Assembly (NCBI GenBank): GCA_964016885.1
Contig: OZ024742.1
Location: 28,706,001-28,770,000, forward strand
Direction: 5' to 3'
Source of the DNA: Eledone cirrhosa
Taxonomy: Eukaryota
Length of the DNA: 64,000 bases
Shown: in pieces, positions 54,935 through 64,000 of the stretch
Layout: each line of letters opens with the position of its first letter
Numbering within the stretch: the first letter of the stretch is position 1
The notes under the pieces: model-generated
What the model was told of the DNA's origin: nothing
What the model saw: the letters and a program-made list of their open reading frames with translations, nothing else
Database searches by the model: none
Position numbers and translations under genes: made by a program

Positions 54935-55070
54935 CATCATCTTCGCTCACATATTCCCGAGAAAGTCGTGGTGAATCCTCAAGTATTGCTTTCAGCGGAT
55001 CTTGTCAGAAGCAACCGTCTCTAATTGACCTGGTATGATCCCCGAGCGAGACCAGCCGATCTCATGAAGT
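54935..55070 (-). mobile_element. RTE LINE 3' tail fragment
   Basis: Reverse-complement similarity to 55395-55520. Confidence 0.6.
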
Positions 55071-55139
55071 TAGATTTTAACAGTAGATTTTATATTTATG
55101 GATGTCTATACGAATCTTGGGCAATGACCGGAACAATGT

Positions 55140-55522
55140 GAATAAAAGCGACCGCAATGGGGTTTCCTCCGAAGGGCCTTTGGAGTAACGCCACTCGATA
55201 GAGTGCGTAGCTCGGAGATCAAAGATTCACTGCAGGTAGAGCTGCTACTTCTCCGAATTGAGAGATCACAGCTCCGATACTATGGGCCTGTGGTTAAAAT
55301 GTCTCATGAAATAATCGCTGGAGAGATTTTACGGTTAAAACCAACCGGAAGGAGACTCAGGGGTAGACCCCGGGCAAGATGGTTTGATAACATCCATGAG
55401 CTTGGCTGGTCTTGCTTGGGTATCCAGCGGATTAGGTGCTTTCTGACAGGGCCAGCTGGAAGGATTGTTTGAGGTCTCTGACCCCACGACCATCCCAGGA
55501 ATAAGTGGGCGAAGAAGAAGAT
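55140..55522 (+). mobile_element. RTE-clade LINE 3' end
   Basis: RSSEIKDSLQVE...QLRYYGPVVKM...GRRLRGRPRARWFDNI, followed by a (GAA)n tail. Confidence 0.8.
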
Positions 55523-55599
55523 TTTATCAAATGAAGTATATTGTACATTAATTGAATAATTAAGAATAATAACGTTCCCGTATGATAGAATATTACTGT

Positions 55600-56015
55600 T
55601 ACAGTAGGAATCTATCTCAGGCTTCGCTGCTCGTCAGGCCGAAGAAGGTAAACGACGAAATATCTGTCGCTCTCCGATAAGTTTGTGGTCGAACCTGTGG
55701 CAGTGGAAACTTCCGGAGTTCTTGGCTCCCGCGGCCACCTCTCTGATCAGTATTATCAGGGTTGGGGGTGGTCATCGCAAGAGCGAGCCCCACTAGTTAG
55801 AATAGCTACTCCAACGCATCACCTTCGCCATCCTCCGAGACAAGGTTTTCTCTACTCTGTTAACTGGGACCACGAGGCGGTCTGCACTGCACATAGTCTC
55901 CCCTACACACAATAGAATGCTCCTCTGCCACTCCCTCTGGGCCCACATCACCGGAATAACGATGCTGAGTTGTACTGTTCCTTGGGGGACAACACATATG
56001 ATACTGTCAATAAAC
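55600..56015 (+). mobile_element. CRE/R2-like LINE 3' end (restriction-like endonuclease)
   Basis: AARQAEEGKRR / FVVEPVAVETSGVLG / LLQRITFAILR resemble AAxxAExxKxxKY...FxPxAVETxG...LxQRLSIAI; AATAAA near 56009. Confidence 0.6.
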
Positions 56016-57113
56016 GTCTAACCAATTCTCCGCCTTATCTGTGTAAATATAGGAATAATTAGAAACTTGTAGAATGCGTGCAGCCTCCCTCCTGCAGGAA
56101 TGTCTGTGTGTCCAATGTGCACACGTTACTGCAATGAGGAAGAGTGTACAAACGGGAGTTCAAATAACTCCAAAAACACTGTCGTCATGGCCTCCTCAAT
56201 AACTCACTATCTAATTTGGTTAAAAATTGAAACCACACCCGGAAAATAAATAACACAAGCAAAATACATCTAAACATATCTCATACCCAACTTAATGCTA
56301 TAGTGCTATATGAAATCCATAAATATGGCCCCAATAGAATATGGTTCAATTAAATAACTTTCGGAATATATTGAGTATTTGATATGATCGATAATAAAAG
56401 TGAGGTATAACGATAAACTTTTTTCTAATAACAGCTGTTAAAAAGCAATACCTATCAAATCCATATAAAATTTGATAGGTAAAAAAGACGAAAAACGTTA
56501 AAACTTTAGCACTCTAGATAGACATAAACCAGAGTCGTTCACTTAAAATAATGTTTCAGAATCATTTACTTAACATAAAATTGTTTGACAGAAAAGGAAG
56601 CATAACTATCATTATACAATCAAGTTTCTCACGAAGTAATCGTTAGAAATTAAGCATCTCCTGAATAAAACAATATACATCGTTTTTATCAATGAACAGC
56701 CATCATCTTTATGGGTTTCTACCATCCCAATCGCCTCTCCTCTCTCTCTGTTTTCTATATAAAATAACAGACTAGAACAGTAAATATAAAAACTATGTGG
56801 CTATGATTGTTTAGGGCAGGGGAAAAACGGTATAATACAAATTGGAAATGTATGAGTGAAAACTAGAGTAGAATAAGTGAAGTGACAGCGGGAGTTTGGT
56901 TCGGTTGTGTTCGGACCTGGTGTATATGTATTTATTTATCACACTACATTGTCAGATTAGTTGAAATCACATAATATAAAGGTGAAAATGTTCTGACACT
57001 CGAATATACATATGTATACAATTACGCATACACACACACAAACATATCTACACATACATAATGTAAATCCACATATATATACACATTTATTTACATATAA
57101 CACATGTATACGT

Positions 57114-57161
<48 letters not shown>

Positions 57162-57280
57162 CAAAGAAATTGTGGTAAGGAACATATGTGTGTGTATATA
57201 CTTATATGTGTGTGTGTATATATACATATATGTGTGTGTATATACATATATGTGTGTATATATATATATATGTGTGTATA

Positions 57281-58234
57281 TTCCCAATCTTTGTTCCCAA
57301 ATACAGGAAGCCCTCAACCAATTCCACCGGCTTCCCGCCTACATTAGTGATCCCCTCTGACTTCTCAACATTCTCTACCAGATATTTTGTTTTAGTCTCA
57401 TTCATTCTCAGCCCCACACTCATCGACACAGTCTCAACCTCCCGCATCAAATCCTCTGCCTCCTTCACTGTATTTGTCACCAAAACTATGTCGTCGGCAA
57501 ATTCAGCATCCGATACCTTTATCGCCCTAACTCTCCTGCTCTGAGTCGATGCTACAGTAAAGCCAGAGTCCTGGTGTTTCTCCAGTGCAAGGCACATACA
57601 ATAGTCCACTACGATGATAAAAAGGTAGGGAGCCAATGTATCTCCCTTGAGCACTCCAGCCAGTATCTCAAAGAACTCTGTCATCCCATCAGGTGTAATG
57701 TGGTTGAGAGGAAGTGCAAGGCCTGGGCGGCGTGCCACAGCTTGAGATCGGTGTGGAAGTCGGACCTTCGTAGAGACCTGAAGGTCCGCCTCTTCATTGC
57801 TGTAGTGGAGTCTGTGCTGCTGTATGGGTCTGAGACTTGGACACTGACCAAGAAACTCACTGAGATGGTGGATGGGTGCTACACGAGAATGCTGAGGATG
57901 GCTCTGAACATTAATCAGTATACACTGAGGATGAAAAACTCAGAGCTGTATGGGAGCATCCCAAAAGTCAGCTCAAAAGTGACACAGAGGAGACTGAGGT
58001 TAGCTGGACATGCTCACCGACATCCAGAGTTGACATTGCACTCAGTGCTCCTTTGGGAGCCCCTACATGGACACACTAGAAGAGGAAGACCAAGGTTAAC
58101 GTATGTTGATGCCCTAAGGACAGACACTGGTCTGTTGGAGACGCAGGACATGGTAGCGATAATGATGGACAGAGACCGCTGGAGAGAACTCGTCCATGGA
58201 TCTCGGGAATTTTACCCGCCTTAGATAGATAGAT
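57281..58234 (+). mobile_element. RTE LINE insertion with 5' inversion
   Basis: Minus-strand RT part 57281-~57699 (GVLKGDTLAPYLF, EFADD, FLYLG) joined to plus-strand C-terminus ~57700-58224 (LLYGSETW, RRLRLAGH, RGRP, DRDRWR); (TAGA)n tail. Confidence 0.9.
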
Positions 58235-58395
58235 GTGTGTATATATATATATATGTGTGCGTGTATATATATATATGTGTGTGTATATATATGAAAATAT
58301 TCTTACATATATATATATATGTATATATATATATGTGTGTGTGTATATATATGTGTATATATATATATATATATGTGTGTGTGCGTATATATATA

Positions 58396-59279
58396 GTTCC
58401 AGGACTGATGTCACAAAAGATTTATTTCAAACCCAAACTTCACACTAAGAGTTTTCTCCTTCAAAGTAATCCCCCGGAGTATGTAACTGTAATCTTCGCT
58501 CTCTGCAGTGCAGCGATCAAACTTTTTTCTTCATAATTTTATATATATGTCCTCTGTTTCAGATCGTCAAGCAATGAGCACAGAGCAACGAACAAACTTG
58601 AAAACTACATCAGAAGCACTGTGTATGCTGCAGCAAGTGTATGGAGATGAGACGATGTCACGCTCACGTGTTTTTGAGTGGTGCAACAGGTTTAAAGAAG
58701 GACGCGACGACGTGGAAGATGACCCCAGGAGCCGAAGGCTCTCAACAACCAGGAATGAGGTCAACGTTGAACGCGTCAGCAGATGGAGCGTAGCGATCGT
58801 CGGCTGACTGTTCGACTGATGGCAAATGAGCTGGGCATGAATCGTGACAGCGTCTGGAAGATTCTCACTGAAGATTTGGACATGCGGAAAGTCTGCGCGA
58901 AGATGGTGCCAAAACTGCTGAACGATAACCAGAAGGGTCGACGCATGCAAGTGTGCCAGGACATCCTCGAGCGTTTTGAAACCGAACCAGACTTGTTAGG
59001 GACAGTCATCACCGGTGATGAGTCATAGATCTTCTTGTACGACCCGCAGGGGAACCGTTTTGAAGACGTGGACGACATCAAAAAGGCCGTGACGATGGAA
59101 CTGCGGAGGATCCCCGAAGAATCCTTCCAGGAGTGCATGCAAGCGTTGCAGAAAATGACGGAAAATTTCATTAGACTCTAGAGGGATTACTTTGAAGGAG
59201 AAAACACTTAGTGTGAAGTTTGGGTTTGAAATAAATCTTTTGTGACATCAGTCCTGGAACATTTCTAATCTACCTCGTA
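58396..59279 (+). mobile_element. Internally deleted mariner element with long terminal inverted repeats
   Basis: ~78 bp IR 58396-58473 / 59183-59260; right end tacctcg|TA; transposase YGDETMSRSRVFEW..RFKEG, KVCAKMVPK, ITGDES, then a deletion to the C-terminal DYFEG. Confidence 0.9.
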
Positions 59280-59630
<351 letters not shown>

Positions 59631-59715
59631 AAAAGGTAAACAGAAATAAAAACACAATCGGTACAGTATATGGAAGTGATATGTTAGGCTAAAGCTTTAT
59701 ATAGCAGGAAGAGGG

Positions 59716-59751
59716 TCTTAACGTTTCAGACGCTAGTCCTTCATCAGAAGA
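59716..59751 (-). ncRNA. Minimal type I hammerhead ribozyme motif
   Basis: tctt-CTGATGA-aggac(tagc)gtct-GAAA-CG-TT-aaga; palindromic ACGT stem III; lies in a ~230 bp element between microsatellites. Confidence 0.7.
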
Positions 59752-59896
59752 AAGATTGAGAAATAAGATAGATTGAGGGGACGGGCGGGATGGAATTGGA
59801 AAAATAACTAACAATTCGAGGATCAACATGTAATAAATGGTAACACTCTGTGATGTCATATCTATGTTATATACACACACACACACACACACACAC

Positions 59897-59950
<54 letters not shown>

Positions 59951-59953
<3 letters not shown>

Positions 59954-60520
59954 GTGGAACACTGGAAGGTAATATCCCAAGTGGTAGAGCACTCAGTCCA
60001 AGGGACGAGTTAGGTAGAAGTGGTTACACAACAGTTAGTTCACCATACCAAGAACAATTGTTTCACCTTCGCAGATCTTCAGCCCGGGATGTTTATGGTT
60101 ATAGGAACAGGAAGGACAACCGTACGAATGCGCATGCGCAGAAACTCGGTCACTTCACACAGGCAATACTAGATGGCGTGCGGGAGGTGTAAGGGAGATA
60201 ACTGCGAAAGTCTGGAAAGTTTTTAGGTTAAAAATAAAATTAAAAATTAAAAATAAAATTACAAAGAATCAGTCCGGAGCCTGTTAGTTATGCAATAGAT
60301 GTTTGGTGACGTGTGGACAACGTGTGAAAAATTCACTTCTCGTGTTTAGGCAATCACTATTGCGTAATCTCTTTAGGATAGTTATTCGTTCGTCAATACA
60401 TAAGTCACACGTCGGATGTCCCCTTGCGTATGACTTAGTGATGGCTTTCCATTGAATGGAGTAGCCTATACTTGAGTCCTTGGGGGACCATACGTGACTC
60501 GCGAGTTTCGTGGATGAACG
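59951..60520 (-). mobile_element. Penelope-like element 3' end: GIY-YIG C-terminus plus terminal region
   Basis: STKLASHVW...Y..CDLCIDERITI...LNTRSEFFTRCPHVTK* (stop at 60284); hammerhead ~200 nt downstream; ends in (TA)n. Confidence 0.8.
60048..60087 (-). ncRNA. Hammerhead motif of the Penelope-like element
   Basis: ccggg-CTGAAGA-tctgcgaaggt-GAAA-CAATTG-TT-cttgg; palindromic ACAATTGT stem III; weak stem II. Confidence 0.65.
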
Positions 60521-60521
60521 T

Positions 60522-62066
60522 CTGTCCAGGGAGCTGAAAGAAGGCACAATATGCCCTATCCATAAAGGAGGTAGCAGAACGGAGGCCAAAAGCTATAGGC
60601 CAGTCTCCCTGACATCGCATATCAGTATGCTCATGGAGCGAGTCGTCAGAAAGAAACTGATCATTTTCCTCGAGGAAAATGACCGTCTGACTAGCACGCA
60701 ACATGGCTTCCGCCCAGGAAGAAGCTGCCTTACAGAGCTGCTACATCACTACGACTGGGTACTGAAACAACTACTAGACAGCTCACATATGGACGTAATA
60801 TATCTTGACTTTGCGAAGGCCTTTGACAAGGTCGACCACGGAATTATATGTCACAAACTACACGGACTCGGCATAACTGGAAAAGTAGGTGAGTGGCTGC
60901 ATGACTTCCTAAATGACAGATGCCAGACAGTCGCAGCAAATGGTGCCCTCTCGAAAGAAACACCAATAACAAGTGGGGTGCTCCAGGGGACAGTCCTGGG
61001 ACCACTACTGTTTTTTGGTGGCTCTCTCAGACATGCCCTCTGTAGTACATACAACAACATCCCTCACTAGCTCTGCTGATGACACTAAGATAGCACAGGC
61101 AATCAAAAACCCGGCTGACGCTGCCCTTTTACAACAAGATCTGGATGCCATATACAAATAGGCGGAAGAAAACAACATGCAGTTTAATGCTGGCAAATTC
61201 CAAGCCCTAAAATACAAACCTCCAAACAAACATGCAAACACAAATATAGTACAACACAACTACACAGGACCAGGAGGGACCGACATCCCCGTGTCAAAAT
61301 CGATACTAGACCTGGGCATAGACATGAGCCATGATGCATCTTTTTCCTCACACATCATGAAAGTGGCGACGATGTGCAGATGACTCGCTGGCTGGGTCTT
61401 GAGGACTTTCCGGACAAGAGAACGAGACACCATGTTGACACTATGGAGGACATTTGTCCTAAGCCGCCTGGACTACTGCTCCTAGTTGTGGTCACACCAT
61501 AGTGTCAAACTAATCACGGAGCTTGAATCAACCCAGCGAAGCTACAAGAGGATTGCCACGATGAAGGAGACAAGCTACTGGGAGAGGCTGAAGGAACTGA
61601 ACTTCTACTCCTTGGAACGAAGACGGGAGAGATACGCAGTGATCTACATGTGGAAAATCCTGGAGGGACTAGCACCAAACTTTGGCATTGGTAGCTGGAC
61701 CAACCGTCTAACAGGACGTCACTGTGTGGTGCCAAAGGTCCCGTCTTCCACATCTAGAATAAAGGAGCAGGTATTGCAATAGCCTGGGATTCAAGGGCCC
61801 TCAACTCTTCAACAAGCTGCCGAGGGATCTGAGAGATTTGCATGACGTGGAAGGGGATGTCTTCAAGAAACATCGCGGTACCTTGCTATCCAGGATCCCG
61901 GATGAGCCCACAGCAAGGCACGAGGGAAACCTAAGGGCAGCAGCAACAAACTCCCTCTTACACCAGTGGCCAACCTATACAGGCTGGAGATAAAATGTGT
62001 AGCAACAAGGGCGGTGCCCCAGCATGGCCTCAGCCGGATGGCTGAAACAGGTAATAGAGTAAAAGA

Positions 62067-62088
<22 letters not shown>
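60522..62088 (+). mobile_element. CR1-like LINE, 5'-truncated, RT pseudogene
   Basis: PIHKGG..YRPVSLTS..QHGFRPGRSC..YLDFAKAFDKVDH..SGVLQGTVLGPLLF..ADDTK..SLERRRER; frameshifts and stops; tail gcggtgccccagcatggcc...gtaaaagag. Confidence 0.92.
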
Positions 62089-62123
<35 letters not shown>

Positions 62124-62160
62124 TATTTTACATATATATATATATACATTTATATTTTAA

Positions 62161-62203
<43 letters not shown>

Positions 62204-62353
62204 AAATATATATGTAAAATATATATGTATATATATAGAGATATATACAAATATATGTATATATACATATATATATATATACATTATGAAGAGAGAAGAA
62301 ACATTTAGATATAATAAGTAATAAAATGTATCATACCTAAATTGCTCCTAGAT

Positions 62354-62443
62354 TCCTCGACTACGTAGTTTCGTGGCATAAACAATAACAATACATCATA
62401 AAGATATAGAGTCCCTGCGAGGTCTGCCGACTTATCAAGAGGA
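62354..62443 (-). ncRNA. Hammerhead ribozyme motif with U3-A8 core variant (copy 1)
   Basis: tcctc-TTGATAA-gtcggca...tgccac-GAAA-CTACGTAG-TC-gagga. Confidence 0.65.
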
Positions 62444-62945
62444 TACCTCATTTTACTAGTCTCAAGAACGCGTCTACACGACGTGAGAAAGAATCCCAAA
62501 GGCGGAGGGGGAGATAGTCACGCGATATAACGGTCGAGAAACAGAGCTAAGCCTCTTATAACCCCGTAGAAAATACCACAGAGGCGGAGGGGGTATTTAT
62601 ATCGAAGCCGTAGAAGAGGTGGTGAAGGAGGCGAGAAGTATGAGTAATGGCAGCATTCCAGCAGTCACCACACTTCAAAGATTACTCAACCAGAGGGAGT
62701 TATTAACAATATATTTAGAAACACACAGATACATGCGGACACACACATATACATGAATGCATCCACACCCAACCGTGAGTTAAGGGTGCCAACCTCACCG
62801 ATGTTGCTCAATGAATGACTGGGACAGATCAATCCGGTTGAACAAGACTGAACCAGTATCAGAGTTAAAAATACATTATGAAGAGAGAAGAAACATTTAG
62901 ATATAATAAGTAATAAAATGTATCATACCTAAACTGCTCCTAGAT

Positions 62946-63035
62946 TCCTCGACTACGTAGTTTCGTGGCATAAACAAAAACAATACATCATAAAGATATA
63001 GAGTCCCTGCGAGGTCTGCCGACTTATCAAGAGGA
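62946..63035 (-). ncRNA. Hammerhead ribozyme motif with U3-A8 core variant (copy 2)
   Basis: Same core and stems, 592 bp away. Confidence 0.65.
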
Positions 63036-63360
63036 TACCTCATTTTACTAGTCTCAAGAACGCGTCTACACGACGTGAGAAAGAATCCCAAAGGCGGAGG
63101 GGGAGATAGTCTCGCGATATAACGGTCGAGAAACAGAGCAGTTTAGGTATGATACATTTTATTACTTATTATATCTAAATGTTTCTTCTCTCTTCATAAT
63201 GTATTTTTAACTCTGATACTGGTTCAGTCTTGTTCAACCGGATTGATCTGTCCCAGTAATTCATTGAGAAACATCGGTGAGGTTGGCACCCTTAACTCAC
63301 GGTTGGGTGTGGATGCATTCATGTATTTGTGTGTGTCCGCATGTATCTGTGTGTTTCTAA

Positions 63361-63399
<39 letters not shown>

Positions 63400-63481
63400 T
63401 ATGTAAAATATATATGTATATATATATGTATATATATATACATATATATATATATATACACATATATTTTACATATATATA

Positions 63482-63800
63482 TTGGAAAATGTGTGTAATC
63501 CTTGGTACAGTTAGGTATATTAAGACAGGGGGGGGGAGAAAAGATGGCTTCAATTGTGCTTTCAACAAATTTATTTTCTTCACAAAATCCAAAAAGAATT
63601 TTTCTTAAAAAAAATTATTTTATAAATTAAGTTGTTGGTTGTTGGTTAGGTCTTAGGAGTTCTTGGTTAACGTAGGAGGTATTGTTTCGTTTTTAGAAAG
63701 ACCTTTCACGCTGAGGTGCGCTTGTCAAACTGATGTGTATGTGGTGTGTTGTTCTATATATAGGGATTTAACATGTCTGTGGTGTGGTAGGGGTTTCTTT
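63482..63800 (-). mobile_element. Possible decayed Penelope-like RT fragment
   Basis: ESTIEAIFSP..PNCTKDYTHF resembles the PLE motif S.xxD..L.P...PSYxKDTxxF; heavily frameshifted. Confidence 0.35.
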
Positions 63801-63815
63801 TCTCCCCCTTTAATA

Positions 63816-64000
63816 AGTGCATGGGTGTAGGTGTGTTGAAAAAGTGTTCATAGCAGTAATGAGTTGAGACGGTGAGTAGGGTTGGGTGGGGAGAAACTTA
63901 GCAAGTGCGGCCTGCCCCGGTCATTCTCGAAAAATTCCTTTATCCGTCTCAACTCATTACTGCTATGAACACTTTTTCAACACACCTACACCCATGCACT
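63816..64000. repeat. Inverted repeat with ~57 bp arms, may extend past the window edge
   Basis: agtgcatgggtgtagg...gagttgagacgg / ccgtctcaactc...cctacacccatgcact. Confidence 0.85.

Larger units (their letters stand above)
62279..63367 (-). mobile_element. Penelope-like pseudo-LTR / retrozyme-like structure: direct repeat (592 bp period) plus inverted copy
   Basis: 62279-62547 repeated at 62871-63139; 63136-63367 is the reverse complement of ~62708-62939. Confidence 0.8.

Noticed and set aside
60284-60520. Selenocysteine recoding in the Penelope-like ORF
   Set aside because: The conserved Cys positions visible here are ordinary Cys codons; there is no in-frame TGA.

Overview
Eukaryotic, repeat-saturated non-coding DNA with no host protein-coding exon that I can support. 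The (TA)n/(CA)n/(GA)n/(TAG)n density and a multicopy tRNA-derived SINE resemble an octopus/cephalopod genome (inference, not verified). Contents: a ~16 kb 61-bp satellite with internal higher-order duplications; many mini- and microsatellites; over 15 SINE copies; decayed LINE fragments (RTE, CR1-like, R4/Dong-like and CRE-like restriction-endonuclease types); mariner fragments; hAT- and Tc1/mariner-type MITEs. The most notable signal is a set of about ten type I hammerhead ribozyme motifs or half-motifs from several unrelated sequence families. They sit in short elements inserted in TA microsatellites, often as snap-back inversions. One lies downstream of a Penelope-like GIY-YIG C-terminus, and a tandem pair 592 bp apart carries a U3-A8 core covariation. 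An RTE LINE also shows a twin-priming-type 5' inversion. Nearly all entries in the ORF track are microsatellite or satellite artefacts.
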